Assembly (NCBI RefSeq): GCF_009914755.1 | Contig: NC_060927.1 | DNA: 64,000 nt | Direction: 5' to 3' (one strand) | Origin: the human T2T-CHM13v2.0 reference genome, Homo sapiens | Shown here: positions 40,931-54,041 of the stretch, piece by piece | Numbering within the stretch: the stretch's first letter is position 1 | Layout: each line of letters begins with the position of its first letter | Made by a program: the position numbers and the translations under genes | The notes under the pieces: model-generated | What the model was told of the DNA's origin: nothing | Databases searched by the model: none | The model's input: only the letters and a program-made list of their open reading frames with translations

Positions 40931-41959
40931 CCCTGATTTCTCTTTGGCCTAGAAGAAGCTACAGAGAAAAGAGGATCTCTGGACACTTTGCAGATTTACT
41001 TGGACCTATTTAAGAAATAATTAGAGGCCAAATTGAGATGTCGAATTCTGCTGTTCAAACCTGTCACACTTCCCTTTCCAGCAGACCCACCACATGCAGC
41101 AGGATCACACAACACAATGACTGAATTATGGTTTTATCATTGTCTGCAATATTTTGACTTCCCTTGGGTTCCAAAATATTATGTTTTAAAATCTCCATAC
41201 TTGCCGTTGGTTGGGTTCCAAAAAGAAAAGACATTACTGGAGAGCCTGTGCCTTCCTAAGAAGCACTGACAAGAGGACATCTTGAAGTGAGCACATTAAT
41301 GGGTGTCCTTTAAACCCTCCACTTCCCATTTTCCCATTAGAGCCTCCTTAATTTGGCACCCCAGGATTCACTTAAATTACCTTCTTAGCTGGGATTAGGG
41401 GAGCAAAAGGAGACCACAGAGCCCTGACCCTGACAGTTCAAACTGTCAGCGCCAGGAGACTGACATTTTTCTCCTTGCTAATCCTGCACTGTATGGCATG
41501 GTCTCAATTTTGGAGAAATCTGAATGCTCATACACTTAGCCAATCCTCAAGTGATTCAGATAGACTCAGTACTGGATAAGTGAGGCACTTATGTATCTTG
41601 AATATCTCTGCTTGCTCGACGCCAGGGCCTCAATATTTTGATAAAGCGATGACAGGAAAAACACAGAGAACAAAAAGCAAAGGCAAAGAAAATACTATAA
41701 GTACATGGAAAAACTATGAACTGCTGGAATTTATTTTGTGTGTTAGAGAAGGAATATAGTTCCCTAATGCAATTTTCAAAATGTAGATTTTAGAGGCCAG
41801 ATTGGTTTTCCTTCCTTTTTCAAGGAAACTGAAGCAGAGTTGGGCTCAGAAAATTCAAATTCAAGGGCCAATTTCTAAAAGCCACTTTGAATGGTTTTGC
41901 TCCAGAATGTGCCAAAAAAGTACACCAAAAAGAACTTTGAAAACCTTCTCTGTCTGTAG

Positions 41960-42244
41960 CAGCACTGTCAAATAGAAATACAGCACAAACCAGATTTTCT
42001 AATAGCCACATCATAAAAGTAAAAAGAAACAGGTGAAATTAATATTAATATTTTTATTCAACCCAAAGTATTAAACATGTAATTAATATATAAATTATTA
42101 CTGAGATGCTTTCTATTCTTTTTTCACACTAAGTTTTTGAAACTGTGTGTGTTTTATACTCATAGCACATCTCAATTGTACTAGCCGTATCTCAAAATCT
42201 CAATAGCCACATATGGCTCATGGCTACAGTACTGGATAGCACTA
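41960..42244. mobile_element. MER33 hAT-Charlie MITE
   Basis: 'cagcactgtcaaatagaaata...aaagtaaaaagaaacaggtgaaatt...ggatagcacta'; 8-bp TSD gtctgtag / gtctatag. Confidence 0.88.
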
Positions 42245-42402
42245 GTCTATAGTACCTATCCTCTCTGTAACACACACACACACACACTCAGAGTTAACAG
42301 CATAAAGGTTGTCATTATAGCAGGATGATATGTAGCTCTTTTTCACCCCTTCTACCCATCCCATATACTCAGTAGACTGCAGAAGACATAAATCAGCAGC
42401 AG

Positions 42403-42606
42403 GTATATATATATATATATATACACACACACATATATATACACATATATATATATATACACATATATATACACATATATATATACACATATATATATAC
42501 ACATATATATACACACATATATACACATATATATGTGTGTGTGTGTATATATGTATATATATGTGTGTGTGTATGTGTGTGTTTATATGTATATTATATA
42601 TATATA
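42403..42606. repeat. (TA/CA)n-(TG/TA)n compound microsatellite
   Basis: Directly visible. Confidence 0.95.
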
Positions 42607-43045
42607 ATAGCTTAATCCAGATAAAGTTTTTGTTATTCACCATTTCTGACTCTAAAATAGCAGTTTCATATGGTACAAATAAATATTTTAACCCAAAGAT
42701 TTCAAGAGAGGAGTTACTGTGAGATTCAGAACTAGGCATATAGTGGATCTTCCAAAAAGTTACTGACATGAGTGGCTGCTAATTGCAAAGATAACAACCA
42801 CTGTGTATTTTACATCCATGTGCAGCAATTCATTAACTATTAACACACTTGGTTCCTTCTTTTTAAGCCAACATGCAGTTTCTATAAGTCTGACCAAAAG
42901 ATAATATTTTATCAAAAAGCAAGGCACTGGCCAATGATAGGTGCTCCTGGCCACCATGTGCAGCTTAAGGTTTATGGCTGCAAATGCCTGAAAAGATATA
43001 ACTTAAATGCCTCAGAAGCCCTTCAAACTCAGTCTTTGCCAAACT

Positions 43046-43250
43046 GTCACCATCATCACAATCACAGTCATCATCATCAGCAGTACCACCACCACAGCCA
43101 TCATCATTGGGTCATCATCACCATTGTCATCACATCATTATTACTGTCATTATAACCATCATCACAACCATCATCATCATTATCACCATCACCGCCATAA
43201 TCATTGTTGTCCATCACCACTACCAACACCATTATCACCATCATTACCAT
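43046..43250. repeat. Degenerate (CAT/CAC)n trinucleotide tract
   Basis: Directly visible; source of His/Ile-rich spurious ORFs. Confidence 0.93.
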
Positions 43251-43752
43251 ATCTCCTGTTTAGTAAGTCCTTACTTAGTCTCTTTTACCCACTTCTTCAC
43301 CTGTTGAACTATTCAATCTTTAAGACCCAGTTAAATATCGACTTTAAGCCACCCCTGCAACCACGTCACAGGCCAAATGAATTTCTCTCTCATTTCTTGG
43401 GAACTACTGAAAAAGCCCTTTGTATATATCTAGGTTATAACATAATGACCCAATTATATAATCTTCTCTACCTACTTTCAGCTCCTACAACTAGGCCTGG
43501 TACTTACTACAAGACTCAAAATAAATATAAGTTGATTGAATTCAAATGAGTGAGTTTCACTTCAAGCACCAGTGCCTTTCACTTGGTAATACATTCCTTC
43601 GATGCTGAGCTAAAAAATGATTTTGAGGCTGTGATCTGATATTTCCAATCATTTTATATATATTCTCCTTTCAAACAGGCTGTATATAAACATAGGCATG
43701 GACTATAACTCGTATGTCTTTGCAGATTTCGGAGCACTCTGCAGAGACCCCC

Positions 43753-44955
43753 TTTAATAAATATTCACATACCATACAATTCACCTACAATTCACCATTG
43801 AACTACAGTTCAATGAGTTTTTGTACATTCACAGAATTGTGAAAACATCACCCACAATCAAATTTTAGGAATTTTTTTTCACCCCAAACAGAACCCTATA
43901 CCCATTACCAGTCACCTCTCTCACTCTCCTTCCACCAGCCCTAGGCAACCACTAATCCATTTTCTGTCTCTATAGATTTGCCTATTTGTCATATAAATTA
44001 GATCATACAATGTGGCCTTTTTGACTGGCTTCTTTCACTTAGCATGATGTTTTCAAGGTTCTCTCATATTGCAGCATCTATCAATACTTCATTTCTTTTT
44101 ATTATCAAGTAATAGTGCATCGTATGGATGTACCATCTTTTGTCTATCCATTCAACATCAATTCATCCATTTGACTTGTTTTCACTTTTTGGCTATTATA
44201 CATAATGCTGCTATGACCCTTCATGTACAAGTTTCTGTGTGACAACATGTTTTCATTTCTTTTGGGTATATATCTAGAAGTTGAATTGCTGTGTCATATG
44301 GTAACTTTGTTTAACATTTTGAGGAACTGCCAAACTGTTTTCCAAAGTGGCCGCACCATTTTACAGTCCTACTGGCAAATGTATGAGGTTTACAGTTTCT
44401 CCACATCCTCACCAACACTTGTAATTGCCTGTCTTTTTTCTGATAACCATCCTAGTGGATGTAAAGTGGTATCTCATTGTGATTTTGATTTATATTTCCC
44501 TAAAGACTAATAACTTTAAGCATCTTTTCATATGCTTACTGGTCATTTGTATATCTTCTCTACAGAAATGTCTATTCAAATCCCTTGCCCATTATAAAAT
44601 AAGGTTATTTGAGTTTTTATTGTTTAGTTATAAGAGTTCTTATAACTCTTATAGAGGATACATATCCCTTACAAGCCACATTTTGAAATATGACTTGCAA
44701 ATATTTTCTCCCACATTGTAGTTTGTCTCTTCTTGATAGTATCGTTTGTAGCACAAAAGTTTTTAATTTTGATGAAGTCCAATTTATCACATTTTTCTTT
44801 AGTTATTTGTGCTTTTGGTGCCATATCTAAAGCAGCTTTATATAACCCAAGTTCACCAAGATTTATGCTGATGCTTTATTGTAGGAGTGTTACAGTTTTA
44901 ACTCTTACATTTAGGTCTATGATCCATTTGAGTTCACCTTTGTGCATGATGTGAA
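43753..44955 (-). mobile_element. L1MA/MB-type 3' portion
   Basis: 'ccagccctaggcaaccactaatc', 'ttttgaggaactgccaaactgttttccaaagtgg', 'tttaggtctatgatccattt'. Confidence 0.88.
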
Positions 44956-45384
44956 AGAGCCCTGTACTTAGCTTAGAGTTTTAAGAAATCATCCATTAAG
45001 TTTTTTGTGTATTTCACAGCCACATTACCAATAATGTCTTCCTTAATGGCAACAATATTTGAGTATGCTTTCTCTTGAGTATTTTAGAGAGAGATTTAGC
45101 ATTCAAGATGTCCAGAGAAATTAATACAGGAAGAACCTGGGAAAGCTTCAAAGCTTGTTCATCATCAAGTCACTGTTAATGTTGGTAAAATTCCCCCAAA
45201 ATTGATTTTACATCGTCTTGGATATCTTTTATGATATAAAAGATGGTTATATAATTTTATATAATATAAAAATGGTTATACAATGATGTAATTGTCTTGA
45301 ATGATTTATATATTCTGAAAATTGAAAATTCATTAGGAATTTATGTTTTGTTTTGTTTTGTTTTGTTGCTTTTTGGTGTTATTT

Positions 45385-45500
45385 ATCCTTCCTTCCTCCC
45401 TCCCTTCCCTTCCTTCCTGTTTTCTTTCTCAACACACTCTCTTCCTTCCTTCCTAAGTCCCTTCCTTTCCTTCCTTCCCACCTGCCTTTTTCCCTTATTT
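45385..45500. repeat. CT-rich low-complexity tract
   Basis: Directly visible. Confidence 0.85.
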
Positions 45501-45614
45501 ACTTCCAAATTTCCTTTCCTAATTCCCCTCTCAAATCAAGTGTAAGCTGCCTGAAAACCTCCTCTATGTCTTGATCATCTTGGCAGGACTTTCCCACCCA
45601 CCACACCCACCTCC

Positions 45615-45670
45615 CACACACAGTGCCTAGCACAGGGCCTGGCATGTGGTAGGTGTTCAATAAGTGTTTT
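45615..45670. mobile_element. L2 3' end
   Basis: 'cagtgcctagcacagggcctggcatgtggtaggtgttcaataagtg'. Confidence 0.75.
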
Positions 45671-48366
45671 AGGGTTTAACTCAAATAGTTAAGCCCTTTC
45701 CATGAGTTCTGAATCTAAGCTGTAAGGGTTCTAGTCATCCGTAGTGACCATACATACACAATGCCATCTGTATTCAGTTTGGGTGGTGGAGGGAGGGGAA
45801 GCATTTATTTTACAATGACTAGAGAATAATAAGCATTGCTTCATGTAGATGAAAAAAACAAGAGAAAAAATTGTAACAAAATGCAATCGCATCTATGTGA
45901 AATGTATGCATGAGAAAAGAGACTAAAGGAAAACAGAAATAAAATGTCAAGTCTTTTTCTTGAGTAAACTCGTTCTTCTTTTTGCTAGTCAATATTTCTC
46001 ATAATATGTATGCATAATTTCTATTTTTTTAAAAAGATAAAACTATTTCAAAGTAAATATCATTTACTCTTGATTTTCAGATATTAAAAGAGATGTAATG
46101 TCACTGCTATTGGTCACTTTAAAATGTCAAATAAGAGAAAGCACTTTTATAGCTATAAAGTTTTATACAAATTTTTATTTTGTATAAGAATTATTCTTAT
46201 CTTGAATGATATAATATTATTCTTATCTTGGATAATCATAAAACAATGATTCAACCTTATTCAGCCCATTATACTGTTAAAATACCTAGCACTACTAGAA
46301 TTTCCGATCATCTAGCATAGATAATTTTGCATATTCATTTGGCCCTACCATGACGATAGCTTACCTCCTCCTCCTCCTCTCTCCTGCTTTCCTGACGATG
46401 TGTACGTTTCTACATATTAAAGAAGAATTTCCTGGTCCCTTAATCTTTAAGTGAAGTAAGCTCTACACTTTCAGGACTTATTAGAAAGCACCTAAGTGGG
46501 ACGAGTGTGGTGTGTGGACCATGGAACTGTGCACAAACACAAGTGCACAGTCAAGTCCTGCATCTACAACAGGCAGGCTTTTCTCCAGATGTGGAGTGAG
46601 TGGGCCATGATATAATCCACATCTAAAAAGTGGGAAAATCCACTGGATTCCTGTAAACTGTTTGTTGACTGGATTTAGGAACCCTGGAGCCTGTAGTTAG
46701 TTATCATTTCTGTTCTGGTGCCATTGAAGCCGAAGTGAATGGTGCCAAGAGAGTTTCAGGAGACAAGGGCATAATTCAGACAGCTCACAAGAAAAAGAAC
46801 AAAGACATCTCTGGTAGCAGAAGCTGGCTCTCCCTCCCTCCCGGCTGATTTGGTGAAGCCCCTGTTCTGTGGACTTCCACATCAGAGGCTGAAGCCGTCC
46901 TAGCCCTCTGCTGGCTGCTGCTCAGTAAAAACACCATACCATTCCATAATTTTGATCATTATTACTTCCTCAGTTAATGAAACTTAAAGCATGTTTTCAG
47001 AGATGCTAAGGGGCAGAGGCCCGTTTTGGCTGAGGTCAGCCTTGGCAGGAGTCAACTCTTCTTTTCCTAAGGTTTTATATTCTTTTTTAAAATCGTATTA
47101 TTTCAAGTATTGAAATAAGAAAACATTAGATTATGCAATGGAAAGTGGCTCATGGTTGCTGCCACAGATTTTCATGTATATACTTTTAGTTGTATTAAAA
47201 AGCTTAACTCCAAGCTGGAGTTTTAAATAATATTTTCCAGGCTCAAGATCTCCCTGAAAAATTCCAAGCCAGTTCTGGGAGCCTCTTTCATTGTATATCT
47301 TATTTTTTTCTAAATCCTTCCTTATTATAAACATATAAATTATTCCTAATACCTTCATGAGGGAAAGGTAATGCCAAAAATTTTATATCCAGTTACAGTT
47401 GACCAATGTGAATGTAAACAATGTTGCTACGCATTTTGGAGATAGCCTCTCTAATGGCAGCTTGGGATAAATGACTTGGGTTAGTAGCCAGCTTTCAGTG
47501 GTAACATGTTAAGAAGAATGTGAAAATGGAGGAAAAAGGGGGTCTCTAGCCCTGCTTGGTGGGGAACCTATTTGTCTTAAGGCAAAGATAAGGTTAGGAG
47601 TCAAGGATGTTGTGGTAGAAGATTATCTATTATTGCCTACTTACGGAGATGACATTTTGGAACCTCCTCTCCTCCCCTCATACAAATGACAGCTTTCAGC
47701 AGAACCTTCCAGAACTGTTCTGAACTTTTAGCAAGACTCCATCTGTTTAATCATCAAATTCTTTTTATTCACCATTTGAATATTTTTTTGATTATGGGTT
47801 CCATATGAAACCATTCTTCTGTCCCCCCTTCTTTACCTCCCCAAATTCTTCCACCACACAGGTCGTAGTCTCAGTTGAAATGACCCTCCCTCCTGAAAGC
47901 ATTCCTCAACCACATGACTCCTTCCCATCTGGAAAGCCCCATGATACCCAGGTCTTTGGTCTTTCCTTCCCAGAGCACTTACCACCCTGTATTATAATTA
48001 CCAGCTTATCCCACCAACTTCCTTATTAGAGTGTGAGCTCGACTAGGCAGGGACCATGTCACTAGGGCCAGATGCAGCACCCTCCCAGAGAAGATGCCCA
48101 GTAACTATTTGTGGAATGCACAGAGAAAGAATGCACAATATCCAAAGGAGATGAATCTTCAAAACCCGTCACAAGAAGAGAAGGGGGAACCAACACTTTC
48201 ACAGAGAGGCGAGAAGATTCTGCAGCATAGAGTGTATTGACAAGAGGAGAGGACAGAACTGTCCTAAACACTCAAGGGTTGTGAAAAACCGAATACATCA
48301 GTGGCCTCAAAAAGCAAATGTAAAAGAACCAAAGAACCAGGAGGTGAAATGATAAAGTTGTTATAG

Positions 48367-48718
<352 letters not shown>

Positions 48719-48739
48719 TGAGTTCCCTCAATGTTAAGT

Positions 48740-48960
48740 AGATTTATTAAGACTTGCTACTTAGCAAGTCTTAGCAATCCATGCTAAGTGTTTTACATGT
48801 ACCAACTCATTTAATGCTCAGAAGAATCCCACAGGGGAGGGAATGTGATTTACACACTTGGCCAAGGTCACAGAGCCAGCAGAGCAGGTGTAGGGCCAAG
48901 ATTCAAATCCAAGTCATTTGATCCCCTGAAGCCTGGACACTTACCCTCGTGCTAATGCAA
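48740..48960. mobile_element. MIR
   Basis: 'ctcatttaatgctcag', 'ttggccaaggtcacagagcc', 'gattcaaatccaag'. Confidence 0.72.
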
Positions 48961-50224
48961 CCCTCATCACCCAGGGGTCAAGCAGATACTAAGAGACCCA
49001 TTCCCAGGGGGCTAAGGAGCCCAAGGAGTTAAGGAACACCAACGGATGAGATTACAGAGCAGAAACACTGTTTCCATGACGACATTTAATTGTCACCACT
49101 CAGTCTTCCTTGGCTCAAAGCCAACTCTCAACAGAACTGTGATGGACGCAAAGTCTGTTTTGGTGTGGGACTGTGGCCTTCACATTTCTCACCCCATTTC
49201 AGATACCTTCTCTCCCTAGCTTCCATTGCAGCCAGGGCTAGAATGCTGCTCAAGTTCCTGACCCAGCTGTTACGGCATTTTGAATCAATCCTCTCTAGAG
49301 CAAACAGATTTGAAAGTCAATTCAAGCCCAACACAAAAATCTAGCTCAACCCAGTGATATCCCTGGTTACCTAATTGAGGGATATTTGGATATGGAAACC
49401 ACCCCACTGACCCCACAAATCACCAAAGTGGTGTCAAAGTTGGATGTACAATAGACATTCAAATAATCAATACTGGAGTAAGCTCCCAGAAAGCTGGGAC
49501 TAAGCCATGACTGGATCAACATCTAGTACAGTGGGAGGTCCTCAGTTATTGCTCAATAAATGAGAGTTGAATTAATTAATGCTCCAGAGCAAGCAACCAT
49601 GAAGAAGTGAATTTTTTCCCAATAAAACAGGTGGTTTTGGGGGTAAGCCAATGTGATGCTTAAGAAAAACAGTGCAAGAAGCTGAGTGGCTTATGTTCAG
49701 ACCTCACCAGAGATTCAGGTGTTTAATTTCCCTACAAAGAAGGCTTAATCTCAGTTTCATTCTCTGCAGAAAAGCTACCATTAATCAGCATCCAAGAACC
49801 CTTAGGTGTAGATAATGTGACCAATGATCAGTTCAAGTTCACACTCTGAAAGTTGTTTCTTCAAAATCCGGAAGAGGCACCATTCGGCCAAGAAGTTGAA
49901 AAGAGACAGGAATTTATATGCAGAAATGTCAATAATCATAAAGAGATAACAAAACTCTAACGAAGATGTAATTATGTCAACCCTGGGACATCAAGACTTA
50001 AGCAAAATCCTCAAAGAATAGAGCCAAAATCAATTAAGGAATGTGTCAGTGGTGTAATCCTTCTGATTTCCCCATATAATACCACCAAATGGTCCATTTT
50101 GCTGTTTTACAGCAATATTTTTTAAAAAATTAAAATCTAAGCCTTTCATATTTGGGTGCCAGAGGGTTTCAACTCTAGGGGGAAAGGTCTTCATTAGAAT
50201 TCACCTCTACTTTAAAGAGTTTGT

Positions 50225-50450
50225 AATTTGGTGTCAAGATGTTTATCTGAAAAAATAATGTTTATACTGAAATATTTACAGATGAAATGACATAATATCT
50301 TAGTTTTGCTTCAAAATAATCTAGGGATGAGGCAAGGAAGTGGGGAATAGAAAGGAAACAGACTGGCAATGAGCTGATAATCGCTGAAATTGGATGGAGG
50401 TCATGTGGGGGTTCACTTTACTTTAGTATATAATTGACATTTTAAAAATT
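50225..50450 (+). mobile_element. L1M 3' fragment
   Basis: 'atactgaaatatttacagatgaaatgacataatatct...gcttcaaaataatc'. Confidence 0.7.
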
Positions 50451-51211
50451 AACAGTAATTTACCCAAGCCCATTGGCCCAACAGGGAAGAGATGGTGTTC
50501 CTAGGAATACTCCACTCCATTCTACAGAGGCATCTCCTGCCTTTGGAGGAAGAGAAACCACTACTCATCAACACCAGACTCATGGTCATACCTCATTTGA
50601 GGGCTTGTGTGTTTCTCTCCACATATCCGCATGGATGCCAGGCTTCCATGCAGGCTTCTCATGGCAATTTCTAAAAAAATAGGATTTACTAGGGGATTCT
50701 TAATTAACCAAAATTACTTAAAAGTCTGTTCTCCAAATATAGGCATTTGAGAAACTCAGCTTTGCAAATGCAGTTTACTTAACTTCAATAGAAAAGCCTT
50801 CTCAACAAATGAAAGCCTGCAAAGGAAAGCTTCGTAGCTATTTAGGAAATAGTTCTCCAGAAATTTGAGAGGCAATGCCCAGACATGACAGTAGATTATA
50901 AAAGGTTCATATTGGAATCAGTTGCATAGAACTGAAAAGGTTTATGTCCCCAGAGAAAAGAAAACGGCTCTGATTGATGGCCAAGTGTCCAGGATATACC
51001 ACCAAAGGCTGAATAGTGGAAAACGCTCCTCTCTAAGCTTTCTGAATCTACCTGGTCTGGGCCCCTCTGCCTCCAGAGGTGCTGGGCATGAGCCAGTGTT
51101 AAAACTCTACTAGTGCCACTAATACACCGGCTCAAGGTCCATATTTCAGGAAAGAGCTGGGCCACAGGTCCAAGGTGAGAAACAACAGACAGATACAGGC
51201 TAGGACTAGAC

Positions 51212-51418
51212 CAGCTGTTCTCAAACAGGGGTGATTTTGCCCTCTAGAAAACTTCTGGTGGTAATGTCTGGAGTCATTTCTGATTGTCACAACTGGGGGA
51301 GGGAAATTGACACTGTCATCTAATGAGCAGAGGCCAGGAATGCTACTAAACACAGGATAGGCCCCACAAGAAAGAATTATCCAGCTCAATCTCAACAGGG
51401 CTGCCCTGAGAAACCCTG
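51212..51418. mobile_element. MER20 hAT-Charlie MITE
   Basis: 'cagctgttctcaaacaggggtgattttgcc...gagaaaccctg'; 8-bp TSD gactagac / gactagag. Confidence 0.88.
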
Positions 51419-51624
51419 GACTAGAGCAACATTTGCCAAAATAATTCCCCCACAGCTCTCCTGCATGGAATGATGGAAGTGTTGATGGGAGCCAATGCAG
51501 AGTGGGCAGGAAGAAAGGAAAAAGAGGGTCATGCTTCTAGTGTGCCCACATCCAAATGTATTCTCCTCACAAAAGCCAGAGGCAGGGTGGTGCCATTGTT
51601 AAACACATGGCCAAACCACAGGAC

Positions 51625-51800
51625 AATCCTGAGAGGTTCAAATCCCACCTTTGCTGTATGACCTGGGACTAGTTACTTAACCTCTCTGAGCCTCTGTTGC
51701 CCGAAATGTAAAATAGAGATGATAACAGTACTTATCTTGGAAGGTTGTTGTGAAGATTAAATGAATTGATATATATAAAGATCTTTACACTGTAGTTATT
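51625..51800. mobile_element. MIR
   Basis: 'gttacttaacctctctgagcctctgtt', 'ggttgttgtgaagattaaatga'. Confidence 0.82.
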
Positions 51801-52919
51801 TGTTATGATTTTCAAAACACAATCCAGTCATGTCATTTCCATTCAATGAGTTTCTGCTTTAGGATAAACATGAATAATCTGATGATGGCCCCAAGGCCCT
51901 GGGTGGTCTGGCCTCTGCCCACCTCTCCAGCCTCAACCAATCTAGTTTTCCCCTTTGATCTCTATGCTCCAGTCACACAGGCCTCCACTGAGCAAACAGA
52001 AGGCAAGTCAGTCCTTCTGCCACAGGGCCTTTGCATAGGCAGATCCTCTCTTATGGACAAACTCCCCTTGACCCCACCCACCATCCCCACCCCTTCACCT
52101 AATGTAGCTCCCAGACACATCTCAGGGTGCCTTCAGGAAGCATGGGTCCAGGGACCTCTCCTCTTTCATACACTTACCCAGCTGTCATTCTGCATTCTGA
52201 TGTCTCATCCTTTGACTGGACATTAGACTGTTAACTAGGTAGTCAATAAATAAATATTTGTTTATTCTCTCAAGAAATAACTGACTTCCCAGCATGATTT
52301 GTTTTATGAATGAGTCAGTGACTAAACAAATGACTGAATCCATGAGAAGGAGCGCTTAGCTTGCCTGACCTCAGTCTAGTGTGTTGCATTAGAGCAGTTG
52401 CAACAAAAAGCTGCAATTGCCTTCAGCTTCCTGGAAACCAAAAATGCTCTGAGCTTGCCTCAAAGAATGCTACCCATACCTTGGAGGCAGTTGACTTGTA
52501 CTTGGCCAGGGACTCCTATAATGTTCTCTTTGCTTCTGTCTCAAGAAACTCAGTCAAACCAACTTTCTCTAGGCTGAAGAATAAGGCGGGGAGGCTTTTC
52601 TTTGTACATGGAAGGAGTATGGGGGTGTTTTCACTTGACCCAAAACTGAGACTGGCTCTGGCAACTCCAGCCCCACATCTTTCTAAGGTAGGAGCAGCAG
52701 CAGTCATTCATGTTGAAGGGTCATTTGAAAGCCATTCTTCTTTACAAAACCACAGAATGGTGGTTTTGTTTTGGTGCTTTGACTTTAGTATCAATCAGCT
52801 TATTTTCCTGGAATTACTTAATATGAGAAATGTAAACATTTTCTAGCAACATATTCTAACACTTGTTAGAATGATTTAACAATGATTTGTTAAGTCATTC
52901 TAACAAATCTTATGTATCT

Positions 52920-53420
52920 GACCGCGGCACCATGGCCTTCCCCACTGTACTGGTCTGAGTCCTGAAGAGAACAGAATTCGCCACAGATGATTCCAATGAG
53001 GAGACTTCCATGGAGAAGCTACAGAAGTAGGGGTGGGCAGGGTTAATGAAAGAAATGAGACCTTGAGGCATCCAGACGCTAGCAACACTGGACAGCCGTT
53101 ACCACGTATCAGGCTGAAGGAGCAAAGGGAGAAATGAATCAATCCCAGCGACACTGGGAGCCATGAATGGGCACTGCTGAGAGGGAGCTACAGTCATGGA
53201 GAGAAGCTGCTATGGCCAGAGATGTGGCCCCAAAGCAAGAAGGGAAGAGGGAGAAAATCCTCTAGATTTTTTTCTCTTCCACCTCTCCCATCACCTGAAG
53301 TGCCTCTTACTGGCCCCAGACCCTCCCCAGAGTCAGCCAGCAAGGGATCCCCAGTGATGCTGCTCACAGCAGTCAGCTTCCAGGAAAAATGACCAGGAGA
53401 GGGGAAGCAGAGAATAACCA
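52920..53420. mobile_element. Ancient ERVL/MaLR-type LTR-like fragment
   Basis: 'tgcctcttactggcc...gccagcaagggatccccagtgatgc...gtcagcttcc' resembles old LTR motifs; family not resolved. Confidence 0.4.
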
Positions 53421-53990
53421 CTGGGCCTACCCAATCCCACACTGCCTTATAATAAAGCATTAGTTGACAGGAGCCTTGAAAATACATTGAAGGGAACATT
53501 TTCCAAGAAAACTTCCAGAGGCAGAGCCAGGAAGAGAAAGAAGCTCCAAGCTCAGGGCTCAGTGAACTGAACACAAAAACACCAATTTCAAAATAGAGTG
53601 GAATGACAGCAATTGAACTGTTATCATAACTGCATGCTGGCACTGGCTGCAGTGCACTCTGCAAATGTCTTCAAGTAAGTGAAGCATCAGGGGTGAGGTA
53701 ATAGCAGACTCTCAGAGTTGGCCTCAGCTTCCTGCAGGTTCGAATTAAGATCCCAGGGAACTGGCTTAACCAAAAGATCAAGTCAAACACTGCATTTCAA
53801 TTTTCACAATCTGTTGGTTCCCAAATTCCGTGACTGGAACACAAAAGACTTGTCCCACTTGACTGGCAGCTTGGCTTTGAGCTATAGTTCTCGATCGCTT
53901 TGCTCCTGGGAACTGAGTGGTCCCCCTTAACACACCTCATTCCCCAGGCAAAATTGCCAGAGCCAGACCCTCTTTTTCTGCCCCTAAACT

Positions 53991-53994
<4 letters not shown>

Positions 53995-54030
<36 letters not shown>

Positions 54031-54041
54031 CTCTCTCTCTC
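53995..54041. repeat. (CA)n(CT)n compound microsatellite
   Basis: Directly visible. Confidence 0.96.

Noticed and set aside
42242-43549. 175-aa and 180-aa ORFs with His/Ile/Tyr runs
   Set aside because: Produced by TA/CA and CAT microsatellites; no domain or splice support.
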